Virus record (IMG/VR): IMGVR_UViG_3300042924_003258
Coordinates: 1 to 58,092 of that record
Direction: 5' to 3' (one strand)
Origin: a virus
Lineage: Duplodnaviria; Caudoviricetes
Length of the DNA stretch: 58,092 nt
The notes beneath the pieces are model-generated. The model was given only the letters and a program-made list of their open reading frames with translations, was not told the origin of the DNA and did not search any database. Both the position numbers and the translations under genes were made by a program. How positions within the stretch are numbered: position 1 is the stretch's first letter; each line of letters begins with the position of its first letter. Positions 45,626 to 54,598 of this stretch are shown here, piece after piece.

Positions 45626-45967
45626 TTACTTCTTGATGTTCTTCTCGAACGCCGCGAGTTTGGCTTTCAACTCAGCGTTCTCGGCTGCGACGGCCTCTGC
45701 CTTTGCCGCCGTCACCTTGGCGTCTGCAAGCATCTCGGTCAACTTCTTGGGCTTGCCGATTGCGGTGGCCTTCGCCATCGCACTCTGTTCGGCGTCGTGT
45801 TCGTTGTCCTTGGGGTCGCCCATGACGTACGTTTGGCCGTCTTCGGTGCGGAGTTCGACCTTGAACTCGATTGCCCCGCCCGCAACGCGGCTCATCCACA
45901 CGTACTTGTCCAGCCCGTATTCACCCAGAAAGTTCAGCAGTTTCGGTTGTTCAATCGTGGTACTCAC
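45626..45967 (-). CDS. hypothetical head-region protein
   Basis: Coupled to the scaffold gene; C-terminal coiled coil. Confidence 0.65.
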   Translation of the reverse strand: MSTTIEQPKLLNFLGEYGLDKYVWMSRVAGGAIEFKVELRTEDGQTYVMGDPKDNEHDAEQSAMAKATAIGKPKKLTEMLADAKVTAAKAEAVAAENAELKAKLAAFEKNIKK

Positions 45968-46851
45968 TTGTTCACCTTCCTGAAAAGTGCGAAGTCGCTG
46001 GCCGTCCCCTGTCCAGCGGCGATTCGCGCAGTCGCGTCCAACTTGGCCTTCCTCACTTCGTCATCACTGGCAGGCCCCGGCGCGGACCCGTTGATCGGCT
46101 TCGGACCCGTGCTTCCGCCGTACTTGCGCGTGTGGTGCTGCTGCAAGAGCAACGCCGCTGCGTCGAATGTTTCGTGGTTGCTCATCAGCCGCACGATGCG
46201 GGCGTGTTCTTCGGCTGGGACGTATGACTCCCAGTCCTTGCCGAGTTCGGCCAGCTTGTCGGCACCGCCCACGACTTCCGCCGCGCGACGTTCGTTCGCC
46301 TCAACCTTGCCAAACTCTTCCTTGAGCAACGCACGCATCGCGGGGATGCGCGTACGCGGAGGCAGGCCCTTGAAGTCATCGTGGGCCAAGGCGAGTTTGT
46401 CAACCACCGAATCGCCAAGCGCGTTGGCCTTGTGCATCCGGTACAGGTCATCGCCGCTGAAACCAGCATCCTTCAACACCTTGGCCGTATCGACCGGCTT
46501 GCTGGTGTCGGGTTCCTTCTGTTCCTCCTTTGGGAACATCGGCGTGCTGATCGGCTTGGCGTCTTCCTTGGGCTTGCCAACCAGACGCTCCGCGCTCTTG
46601 TACGCACGCTCCGCGTCGGCCACCGTCTTGAACGGCTTGCCCTCGCCGATCAGGTCGCCTTCTGCGAGCGGCACGAGGCCCTGGCTTGCGTGCAATTCAC
46701 GCAACCCTTTGACCAACTGAGCCGCCGCGTCTTCGGGCGTAGAACCCTTGAACTTGCCTGCAAGAACAACCTCCTGCACCGGCTGCTGATCTTTGGGCGC
46801 AGCATCACCCGCAGTAGCCGTAGCCACTGCCGTATTCGCATCTGCCATCAC
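45964..46851 (-). CDS. capsid scaffolding protein
   Basis: LAGKFK....L.K...EL and EVVGG motifs; position. Confidence 0.75.
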   Translation of the reverse strand: MMADANTAVATATAGDAAPKDQQPVQEVVLAGKFKGSTPEDAAAQLVKGLRELHASQGLVPLAEGDLIGEGKPFKTVADAERAYKSAERLVGKPKEDAKPISTPMFPKEEQKEPDTSKPVDTAKVLKDAGFSGDDLYRMHKANALGDSVVDKLALAHDDFKGLPPRTRIPAMRALLKEEFGKVEANERRAAEVVGGADKLAELGKDWESYVPAEEHARIVRLMSNHETFDAAALLLQQHHTRKYGGSTGPKPINGSAPGPASDDEVRKAKLDATARIAAGQGTASDFALFRKVNK

Positions 46852-46857
46852 TTACCC

Positions 46858-48441
46858 CTATTGCGGCGCGAGTTGCTGTCGAACGACAGCACCCGCTGTA
46901 CGGGCCGCTTCCCGCCCACCCTCCATCGCCGATTCCGTCTGTGCCTGCAACTGCGCCGCCGCCTGTGCTTCGGCCTGCTGCTCCTCACGAGTCTTCACCA
47001 TGCCCGGCTCGAACACGTTGTTCAGTCGCATAATCGCCGTGAACACGTTGTTCATGTTGAGCGACGCCATGACATCCGGCCCCATCTGAGAAGCCAGTTG
47101 CACAACCTCGCCAAGCCTGCGAGCCTTGATCTGCTGGACAGCCAGCGAGGTTCCCGTGAGAACCTTCGGGCTGATGTATTGCTTCCACTCGTCGGGAATC
47201 GACGGGAGCAATCGCCGAATGTCGTGCATCACAACCGCGATCTGATGCGGCTGCGTGGTCGCTTGGAACGATGACAATGCCCCGCCAAGCATCTGCTCCA
47301 ACTGGCTGCTCACGCGCTCGACCTGCAAGGCCGTCACGCGGTCCACGTTGGGGAGCGATGCTGCGATGATGCCAAGGCTCTCGGCCACCCGCTGTTCGGT
47401 CGCTGCGATAGCCGATTGCACCACGCCGGGCGAACTGCCAGGATTCGCGTACAACGCGGCAACGTCGCCCACCACCCCGCCCACCACACTCGCCCGCATC
47501 GCGTAGCCCGACGGCCACTTGAGATGTTCCGGGTCAGTGGGCGAACCGTGGTTCACAGCCCACTTGACGTTGGACACCATGCGAGCGATTTCGAGAAGCC
47601 GCAGCCCGAGTTCATCGAGGGCCGCAAGGCTTGCAAGGTGGGCAGAGAGGGGCGAAGTGCCGTAGTGGTCGCCGGAAGAGAGGCGTATAGCCGGGGCTAT
47701 ATACCGGCAAATCTTCTCGCGGCGAGCCTCTTGCAGTTGGTTGCCGTTGATCTCTTGCGTCGTGACCCATTCGCCCGTGCGGGGGTCGTACTCGCAGAGC
47801 GTGTAGAGGTCTTTCTGTCGCGTCTTGCGGGGTTGGCCCGCCAGTTCCTTGCGATTCAGCCCGACGTTCTCGATCTGCTCGTCCGTCAGCGTGAGCGGGT
47901 CAACGCACTCTTTGGTGACGTGTTCGACCGGCGAACCCTTGCAGTCGCGCTGCGTCACGAACTGGTCGAGCCGGAAGTTCTGCGTGGATTGATCGTCGTA
48001 GATCAGTTGCAGGCCCGAGCCGAACGCGAGGACCGACCGGATCAGTTGTCGCTGGCCTTCGTAGAACCCAAGCGACCCGTTCGGGCTGGTGTGTTCCATC
48101 GCCGCGAGCGTCGTCAAGTCGCGCATCGTCGCCAGCGTCCCGGCCCCCTGCTTCATCTCGGTCGGGATGGCGGGGTTGTAGAGGATGTTCGCCGACAGTG
48201 GCGTAGCAAACCACGGGAGGCCTGGCGTGTAGGCCGCGAAGAAGAATTGGCTTTCCAGCAGGTTCAGGGCTTGCGGCCCGACGCTCTGGTACTGGCGAAC
48301 GTACTGCTCCGTCGCCCGCGTTTCCTCTCGCGGCGGCAGCAACGTGTAGTCGGTGGCTCTCGCCAGCGCGCGGCAGCGGCGTAGATACACCTGCCGGTCA
48401 GCGTCGTAGTCGCTAAACCGGCCCTGAATTTGTGTTTTCAC
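46858..48441 (-). CDS. portal / head-tail connector (T7 gp8-like)
   Basis: YQSVGPQALNLL, LPWF, FVTQRDCKG, GDHYG, DRVTALQV...LEQMLGG. Confidence 0.92.
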   Translation of the reverse strand: MKTQIQGRFSDYDADRQVYLRRCRALARATDYTLLPPREETRATEQYVRQYQSVGPQALNLLESQFFFAAYTPGLPWFATPLSANILYNPAIPTEMKQGAGTLATMRDLTTLAAMEHTSPNGSLGFYEGQRQLIRSVLAFGSGLQLIYDDQSTQNFRLDQFVTQRDCKGSPVEHVTKECVDPLTLTDEQIENVGLNRKELAGQPRKTRQKDLYTLCEYDPRTGEWVTTQEINGNQLQEARREKICRYIAPAIRLSSGDHYGTSPLSAHLASLAALDELGLRLLEIARMVSNVKWAVNHGSPTDPEHLKWPSGYAMRASVVGGVVGDVAALYANPGSSPGVVQSAIAATEQRVAESLGIIAASLPNVDRVTALQVERVSSQLEQMLGGALSSFQATTQPHQIAVVMHDIRRLLPSIPDEWKQYISPKVLTGTSLAVQQIKARRLGEVVQLASQMGPDVMASLNMNNVFTAIMRLNNVFEPGMVKTREEQQAEAQAAAQLQAQTESAMEGGREAARTAGAVVRQQLAPQ

Positions 48442-48689
48442 CTTGGGAACATCTGGGTCGAAATCGTGGGCGGCGTGACCACCTGCGCGGGCAATGCGTT
48501 GCCAGCGGACGCGAGCGCGTTCTGTTGGGAGATGCCGGTCGCGGGGTCAATCGTGAGTGATTGATTCGTGCCAGCAGTGGACCTTGCGGCGGATGCCCGA
48601 CGCACCGCCCGCCTGAACACTTCTGCCGGGTCTTCCGCCCGTGGCGGTGGAGCCACTTCGGGAATGCCGGGCGGGTTGAACAGGTTCAT
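48438..48689 (-). CDS. small Pro-rich virion protein (gp7.3-like position)
   Basis: NPP..P...PPP...GTNQSLTI just before the portal. Confidence 0.55.
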   Translation of the reverse strand: MNLFNPPGIPEVAPPPRAEDPAEVFRRAVRRASAARSTAGTNQSLTIDPATGISQQNALASAGNALPAQVVTPPTISTQMFPR

Positions 48690-48919
48690 TCTTCGATTCT
48701 CTTGTACCCCTCTGGTGCGTCGGTGGCGGGCTTGGTGTCCAGAAACCAGCCGTAGCCATCCTTGACTAGCGACCGCCTCCCCAGATTGCCGAACAGCACA
48801 GCGGCGTCGTTGGGCATAGTGCGGGGATCATGTTCGGAAACGGCCCGATCAATCTCTTCCCACAGTTCCCGCCGCTTCGATTCCGATAACTCCATCCATG
48901 CTCGAAAGTTCGTGTTCAT
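48686..48919 (-). CDS. small protein (gp6.7/6.5-like position)
   Basis: AAGGA RBS; G.RSLV motif. Confidence 0.55.
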   Translation of the reverse strand: MNTNFRAWMELSESKRRELWEEIDRAVSEHDPRTMPNDAAVLFGNLGRRSLVKDGYGWFLDTKPATDAPEGYKRIEE

Positions 48920-49220
48920 GGTCCTTCACCCATCCAAAGATCAAACGCGGCGTCACCGCCCACCACGGCGCACGCATCCCATGTGCCGATAACACGCGAC
49001 GCACCGACGCGACGCACGATTCCCCACGACTGGGGGATATGTCGGGCCATGATGGTCCGATATTGGCGATGCCAGTAGGCTCGCCAATCACCCGAAGCAA
49101 GGCCGATAACCGAACCCAACGGGCGTCTGGACCGGAAAGCATTGCACAGTCGCCCCTTACGATGACGACGTGCCCGAGGTATACCCCGCCTACGGTCCCA
49201 AACCACAAAACCCTGTCCAT
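48849..49220 (-). CDS. hypothetical first late protein
   Basis: ORF after the RNAP; H...C...TP pattern only weakly suggests a permuted papain-like fold. Confidence 0.45.
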   Translation of the reverse strand: MDRVLWFGTVGGVYLGHVVIVRGDCAMLSGPDARWVRLSALLRVIGEPTGIANIGPSWPDISPSRGESCVASVRRVLSAHGMRAPWWAVTPRLIFGWVKDHEHELSSMDGVIGIEAAGTVGRD

Positions 49221-49245
49221 AACCCCATAACCTCGCTTTGGCGGC

Positions 49246-49289
49246 GCAATTGAGAATGAGTCTCAATTGCAGTTGAGAATCCAATCTCA
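49246..49289. promoter_or_regulatory. Tandem palindromes resembling Fur-family boxes
   Basis: GCAATTGAGA-atgag-TCTCAATTGC followed by TGAGA-atccaa-TCTCA. Confidence 0.55.
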
Positions 49290-51806
49290 CTAGTGGAAGG
49301 CGTACGTGCTTTCCCGGATGCTCGCCGGGTCAAAGCTCCCGAGTTCTGGGGGTTGCGGCAACTCCAACCCCGGCACCAGTTTGGACCAATACTCGTGCAG
49401 CATGGCCAGCCGGTTCACGCCTTCGTACATCCCCGCCAGTTGGTCGATGGCCTCGCGGTGCATGTACGCGACGTGCCCAGCGTGACAGTTGTATTGGTCG
49501 TGCTGGGCGAACATCTCGTACCCGCGCCGCAGCATCATGCACGCCGTTCGCATCAGGTGTTCTTGATCGAACGAGTGAACCACGTTGGGGGCGATGCCCC
49601 GAACCTGACGCCCGACCGCCACTTCGTACGAATCGAACTCGGCCTGAACGTGTGTCTCGCCCACGATGGTCTGGATGCGGCCCTTCCACTTCTTGCGGTA
49701 AGGCTGCTCGACGAGAAAGTTGACGCCGTTGATCCACGACATCGCGGTTTTCTTGTCGCCGGAATTGCACACCAGCCGGGCGCACTCCTGCATCCACTTC
49801 ATCGCCGCCGCCGGTCGCTTGGCAATGTTCTCAATCGCCTGGATGCACGCGCGGGCCAGCGTCATCGCAATGCGGTGGGTGTCGTCGCAGTCCTCCGCGC
49901 CGTCCTTGAGCATCTTCGAGTGGACCTGATAGATCGCACCCGACAGCGTGACGCCGTACGCGAACGCGAGGAACGTCTGCTTGCACACCGACCGCTTCAC
50001 CCACGGAAGAACGTCCTTGACGTAGACCGAATACTGGACCTTCTTCTTGTGCCCACGCTTGGCGTACACCCACTTGTTGACGTGGATATCGCCCGCTTCT
50101 TTCAGCAGTTTCTCGACCTCGCGTAAGCACACGGTATACAAGTCTGCCGGGGCGTCGCCCGCCGTGAGGTTCACCAGCGGCGCGAGCGTTTCGTCCCGCG
50201 TCATTGCTGCCAAGTGCTGCAAGCCGTTGGCTGTCCCGTCCCGTCCAATCGGCAGCCGGGCCAACTGCTGATCGTCGGTCAAAGCGTGGCACGCGGCAAG
50301 GAACTCCCACGGGCTGTCTGCCTTCTGCCAGAAGTCCTCGTCCAGTCCCATAGCCGCACACCGGGCAATCTCGCGGGAGTGGTCCAGCGTCCACCGCTCT
50401 CGATCCGCGAACGAAACCTTGTCCACGCCGTAGCAGTTGGCCGCCCAGATTCGAGCGGCCCTGCGGCCATGCTCGCCGGGTTCAACTGGCTTGGCGAACT
50501 GCAACATCGCCCGCGCCCACTTCTCGTTCGTGTAGTTGAGGTAGTCGCCGCGCGGGTAGACCCGGCCACGGAAGTCGCAGAACTGATCGAAGTGAAACTC
50601 GGCTTCGTCTTCGTACGCCTTGGTGATGTTCAACGCGCCCGAGAAGATTGAACGCTGACCCTTGCGGCCCTGGCTGTCTTTGTAGAGCAACGCCACGTTC
50701 CGCTTGTGGACCATGAACGCATCCTTGTCGGCCACAACTTCCGCCGACGCGCGGGGCATGTCCTCCTTCTCAAGCGGCTTCGTTGCCGGAATCTCAAGCA
50801 TGTCGCGACCGCCGCGCCACACCTCCTCGATGACCTGCATGATCGGCTTGTTGATCGAGAACTTGGTGTTGGCGATCCAGTTGATGCCCCGGTAGAACGT
50901 GGGCATGTCGTTGTCTCGCATGTGCTGGCGTTGCTTCTTCGTCGCCCGCACCACCAGCGGCTTGCGGATCGTGTACCGACCGCCCCGCTTGCGTAGGCCC
51001 CACTCAATCGGCTCAGCCACCATCGGGAGGTTCTTGGCGTGCAGGCTCGCGTCGTGTTGCAGGCACGCATGAACCATCGCCTGCAACTGGTAATCCATCC
51101 ACACCACTCGCTGCTTCTTCTCGCCGGGCCGGATGCCAATGCGGAACGCCTGAACGTCCTTGCCCTCCGGGTCGGGCTTGAACACCAGCGTCGTTGACAC
51201 CGCCCACATCAGCATCGACGCCGCGCGGAACTTGCGGTTGATGTCGCTGATAGGCCCGGCAACCTCGGGAACCTTGTCGGCCATCTTCTTGCAGGCGAGA
51301 ACCTGCTTGGGCGTGGCCTTCCGCCAGCGGCCCACGATCTTCGGGAACAACTTGAGTTCGGCGTCATCCTGCGAGCGGTCGTACTTGCGGGCCAACGCCA
51401 GCAGCATCTCGGCCTTCGTCGCCTGCCAGATCAACGCCGCCAACTTGGTTGCCGACACACCCTCGGGGTGTTGCAGCGTGGCGTTGAATGTCTCGTGAAT
51501 CGCAATCGCCGCCAGCCGCTCCGACCCGAGCATCGTGTAGCACTGGACAAACGCAACGTGGTTCAAGTCCCACGGGCTTTCGCCGTCGCCGATTGCCTTG
51601 GCCTCTCGAATGCGGCTGGCCAGTGGTTTGATCCACGGCAGGACGATGTGTGACAGGGGCGGGAGGCTTGCGGCCTGTCGCTTCTCCACCTTGTCGTACA
51701 GTTCGTCGATGCGCTCGCTCTCACCCAGCACGCGCGAACGGTTCTCAATCTCAATCTGACGCTGCATCGCGGTCCCTGCGAGCAACGGAGTCGTCGCCAC
51801 TTCCAT
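49290..51806 (-). CDS. T7-like single-subunit DNA-directed RNA polymerase
   Basis: DFRGRVY; motif A DGTANGLQH; motif B RSVCK......YG; APNVVHSFD; motif C HD; GGAGG RBS before MEVATT. Confidence 0.96.
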   Translation of the reverse strand: MEVATTPLLAGTAMQRQIEIENRSRVLGESERIDELYDKVEKRQAASLPPLSHIVLPWIKPLASRIREAKAIGDGESPWDLNHVAFVQCYTMLGSERLAAIAIHETFNATLQHPEGVSATKLAALIWQATKAEMLLALARKYDRSQDDAELKLFPKIVGRWRKATPKQVLACKKMADKVPEVAGPISDINRKFRAASMLMWAVSTTLVFKPDPEGKDVQAFRIGIRPGEKKQRVVWMDYQLQAMVHACLQHDASLHAKNLPMVAEPIEWGLRKRGGRYTIRKPLVVRATKKQRQHMRDNDMPTFYRGINWIANTKFSINKPIMQVIEEVWRGGRDMLEIPATKPLEKEDMPRASAEVVADKDAFMVHKRNVALLYKDSQGRKGQRSIFSGALNITKAYEDEAEFHFDQFCDFRGRVYPRGDYLNYTNEKWARAMLQFAKPVEPGEHGRRAARIWAANCYGVDKVSFADRERWTLDHSREIARCAAMGLDEDFWQKADSPWEFLAACHALTDDQQLARLPIGRDGTANGLQHLAAMTRDETLAPLVNLTAGDAPADLYTVCLREVEKLLKEAGDIHVNKWVYAKRGHKKKVQYSVYVKDVLPWVKRSVCKQTFLAFAYGVTLSGAIYQVHSKMLKDGAEDCDDTHRIAMTLARACIQAIENIAKRPAAAMKWMQECARLVCNSGDKKTAMSWINGVNFLVEQPYRKKWKGRIQTIVGETHVQAEFDSYEVAVGRQVRGIAPNVVHSFDQEHLMRTACMMLRRGYEMFAQHDQYNCHAGHVAYMHREAIDQLAGMYEGVNRLAMLHEYWSKLVPGLELPQPPELGSFDPASIRESTYAFH

Positions 51807-51820
51807 GCGGCCTCCCTTGG

Positions 51821-52108
51821 TTAGTGAGTCTCTTTGTGTTCCCGCTGCCACTTCTCCGCGAACCCAAGATATACCTTGAGGTCGTCGTAGTTGTCCTGCT
51901 TGTAGACCCGCCTCATGCGGTTCAACTTGAGCGCGGACATCATCAGCCCAATCACCCACGGCGGCAACGGCTCCATCCTCGCAACCTTGTCTGCGTGCGG
52001 TTGCAGCAGGCAGGCCCACATCTGCGCGATGCCCTTGTGGTTTTCGAGCGGGTCGCCGTAGACATTTTGTCTATCCTCCTTGAGTTTTTCCAAGTCTGTT
52101 TCGCTCAA
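51821..52108 (-). CDS. DUF6378-like phage protein
   Basis: RQNVYGDP..NH..IAQMW...LK..R....DNYDD...Y. Confidence 0.75.
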   Translation of the reverse strand: MSETDLEKLKEDRQNVYGDPLENHKGIAQMWACLLQPHADKVARMEPLPPWVIGLMMSALKLNRMRRVYKQDNYDDLKVYLGFAEKWQREHKETH

Positions 52109-52380
52109 CGCTTCCTCCGTCGTTTCTTGAACCCGTGTCTGGTTTCTAACCCGAGTGCGTACCGCATCGCTGCGACCATCGACCGGATCATGCCGTCGTA
52201 GTCCAGGTCTTTGTCCATGACCATCTCAACCGTTTGGCCCGCAAACCTCACGCGCCATTCGAGCGGATCGGAGCCTTCGACGTGATCGACGCTGGCCGTT
52301 GCCTCGTACTCGAATAGCCCGTTTTCCCAAAGCAGTTCGTGAAAGGCTCTGGTCGCTACGGGGTCGTGTTCCAGAATCAA
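52105..52380 (-). CDS. hypothetical protein
   Basis: Coupled ORF with a TTG start. Confidence 0.5.
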   Translation of the reverse strand: MILEHDPVATRAFHELLWENGLFEYEATASVDHVEGSDPLEWRVRFAGQTVEMVMDKDLDYDGMIRSMVAAMRYALGLETRHGFKKRRRKR

Positions 52381-52583
52381 TCGCCACCCCCAAACGCCAC
52401 CCACGCGACAGACGCCAAGAACAACACGACGTTTGCTGCACCCGCCGCCAACGCAAATGTCATAGCCCAATCGTTCCATCGCCAGTGCTGCAACCTCTCG
52501 CGGTCGTAGACCGGCACGCCGACCAGCACAGCCAAGAACGCGAACGACGCCGCGCAGAACACGATTATTTCTGGTCCGTTCAA
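52377..52583 (-). CDS. two-TM membrane protein
   Basis: Two hydrophobic helices; coupled. Confidence 0.5.
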   Translation of the reverse strand: MNGPEIIVFCAASFAFLAVLVGVPVYDRERLQHWRWNDWAMTFALAAGAANVVLFLASVAWVAFGGGD

Positions 52584-52885
52584 TCGCCACCCCCATAAAA
52601 CTCCGCGAGCGCGTCGATGGGGGTGTCGTGTTCCTTGCCGCATGTGTCAGTGTCAGCCGAATACACAACGAAACTCTCCGCGAACGTGAGCAGGCTTTGA
52701 TCGTCAGGCATTTTTCGCATCCAGTGCGACTCGATCATGGCGACAGCCGCGCGATCAAAAATCGCCGTTTGGGTGCGTGACCATCGCCACGCCCCTTTGC
52801 TCCAATGCATCTTGCCAAGCAACAACTCACTCACCGCCAACTCCGGCCTCTTCGCCACGATCTTCGCGTAGGTTTCTGGTGTCAT
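52580..52885 (-). CDS. hypothetical protein
   Basis: GGAGG RBS; ATGA coupling. Confidence 0.6.
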   Translation of the reverse strand: MTPETYAKIVAKRPELAVSELLLGKMHWSKGAWRWSRTQTAIFDRAAVAMIESHWMRKMPDDQSLLTFAESFVVYSADTDTCGKEHDTPIDALAEFYGGGD

Positions 52886-53274
52886 TGACTGCCTCCATTT
52901 AGCATCCTGAGATTCGCCTTGATGTCAGACTCGCGGAACACGGTCACAAGTCCGCACTTGTCATCCATGAACGTCAGCCGCCAAGCACGCTTGCCGTTGG
53001 GTCGCCACATGACGCACGCGCCCCGGCCACTTGCAACGCATTTGTCCGACTTGCTGCAAGCCTGTACCCACGCCTCCCACAGTTGTTTGGTTCCCAAGTC
53101 CAGCGACTCAACCCGCTTCACTTCCAGATACACGTTCGGCAGGTCGCGGATAATCACATCCCGCCCATCCTCAACGCCCAGCCCTTTCGAGCGCACGGCG
53201 TCGAACCCAAGCGAGCAGATGAACGCAGCCGCTTCGCGTTCGCCCTGACTGCCTTTGCGTTGTGAGTGTGTCAC
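52882..53274 (-). CDS. PD-(D/E)XK Holliday junction resolvase-like nuclease
   Basis: SQRKGSQGERE...D...LEVKRVE. Confidence 0.8.
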   Translation of the reverse strand: MTHSQRKGSQGEREAAAFICSLGFDAVRSKGLGVEDGRDVIIRDLPNVYLEVKRVESLDLGTKQLWEAWVQACSKSDKCVASGRGACVMWRPNGKRAWRLTFMDDKCGLVTVFRESDIKANLRMLNGGSQ

Positions 53275-53522
53275 TTGCCCTCCAGTTCTTGAATCGCCCG
53301 ATCCGCATCCACGCACGCCTGTTGCAGCCGCTTGTATTCCTCTGCCGCGTCGTCTTGGTTGACGGGCGGGTAGAAGCGACGCTCGAATCGGTACGCGGCG
53401 CGGACCTTCTCGTACGCCTCGATCAGCCTGTCCAAGTCCGTCGCCCTCATCGCCTCGCCGTGTGCAGCCTTGCGGCCCGCGACGTTCGCGGCGAAGAGGC
53501 GGATTCTGTCTATCGCACTCAT
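53271..53522 (-). CDS. hypothetical protein
   Basis: Coupled ORF beginning MSAIDRIR. Confidence 0.55.
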   Translation of the reverse strand: MSAIDRIRLFAANVAGRKAAHGEAMRATDLDRLIEAYEKVRAAYRFERRFYPPVNQDDAAEEYKRLQQACVDADRAIQELEGK

Positions 53523-53725
53523 CTTGCGTTCCTCAGTTCTTGCCGTGCCTGTTCCCAAGTCGCGCAAGGTCCACCTTGCACGTACGTCGCGTCAACAAAC
53601 CAGTCCTTGATCTTCTTCGGCTTGCACTTGTACCAGTGCCACCATCCCGCGTGCTTGTAGATGCCGCCTGCGATGCGGTCGTTGTGGATGTAGCGGGAAT
53701 GGTGTTCGTTTAGGGGTTGCCACAA
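53519..53725 (-). CDS. small Trp-rich protein (partial homolog at 1-134)
   Basis: RIAGGI...GWWHWYKC present in both copies. Confidence 0.55.
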   Translation of the reverse strand: MWQPLNEHHSRYIHNDRIAGGIYKHAGWWHWYKCKPKKIKDWFVDATYVQGGPCATWEQARQELRNAR

Positions 53726-53892
53726 TCGGCCCCCTTCCGCGCGTTCGCTTCCAGCACGGCTCGCACGATGCGCCGCCAGTTTTCCTTGTACCCTTCTGGT
53801 TGGTTGTCCCACTTTTCTACGGTGTCGAATCCGGCCCACGAAGTCTCAAACGCAACGCGGGCGAGGTCGTCGATGGTCTTGTCGTCAGGCAT
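53710..53892 (-). CDS. hypothetical protein (MPDDKTIDDLARVA)
   Basis: Homologous to the C-terminal half of 929-1267. Confidence 0.65.
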   Translation of the reverse strand: MPDDKTIDDLARVAFETSWAGFDTVEKWDNQPEGYKENWRRIVRAVLEANARKGADCGNP

Positions 53893-54166
53893 TCTGCTCC
53901 CCTCCCCTCGCGGCTTCGGCGGCAACGTCAAACGCCCCGTTCCGATAGAACCTCTCGCACGACTGGGGCACCACGCCCTTTGGCGATGCAAGCAGGTCGT
54001 TCATGCACGCCTTGCACGCGGCGACGGTCGCCTCGGCCTGCTCGCAGCGGGCGAGGAGGGTGGCGTAGTCTTCGTGGTCAACCCACTCGCCGTTCTTGTG
54101 TTCAACGCCACGGGTTTCGCACCCAAGTTCGCAGACGGTTGTGTACCGCTTCACTTCACTCGCCAT
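53885..54166 (-). CDS. hypothetical phage protein
   Basis: Allele of 1314-1670. Confidence 0.65.
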   Translation of the reverse strand: MASEVKRYTTVCELGCETRGVEHKNGEWVDHEDYATLLARCEQAEATVAACKACMNDLLASPKGVVPQSCERFYRNGAFDVAAEAARGGEQNA

Positions 54167-54347
54167 GCTTCGCCTCCTTCTTCCGCCGTTCAATCTCCGC
54201 CCGCAGACACTTCGAGCATGTGTACCCGCCACGCGCGGGATGCCCGCACACGCCCATCGAGTAGGACTTCCGCGGGTGGTCGGCTTCTTGCCACGCGAGC
54301 CGACGCTCAAGCACGCCGAGCGAGTTGTCTTTCAGGTGGTTGGTCAC
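54156..54347 (-). CDS. small Cys/His protein
   Basis: Allele of 1901-2092. Confidence 0.65.
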   Translation of the reverse strand: MTNHLKDNSLGVLERRLAWQEADHPRKSYSMGVCGHPARGGYTCSKCLRAEIERRKKEAKHGE

Positions 54348-54397
54348 TTCGCGGCCCTCTGCTTCACGGTCCTGTTCGTACCACCACCACGGTCCAT

Positions 54398-54598
54398 CTA
54401 GCCAAGGCGGGTCCATCGCTTCGCTCCCTTCGTCTTCTTCCCCCGCTTCCGCCTGTCGGCTGCGACGGCGCGGAGGATGGCGGTGTTGATTTCTTTCGCC
54501 AACGACCAGCGTTCACAATCCACGGTCGCATGAGTAGAGCCGTAGTCCAGCACGATCCACTTCTTCGCAATCCTCTCCCCCGCCGTCTTGCTGCTCAT
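54398..54598 (-). CDS. hypothetical protein
   Basis: Allele of 2089-2361. Confidence 0.55.
   Translation of the reverse strand: MSSKTAGERIAKKWIVLDYGSTHATVDCERWSLAKEINTAILRAVAADRRKRGKKTKGAKRWTRLG

Noticed and set aside
43533-48384. Long plus-strand ORFs over the head genes
   Set aside because: They lie antisense to capsid, scaffold and portal; shadow ORFs.
51807-52019. N-terminal extension of the RNAP ORF (909 aa)
   Set aside because: It overlaps the DUF6378-like gene, and a good RBS precedes the ATG at 51806.
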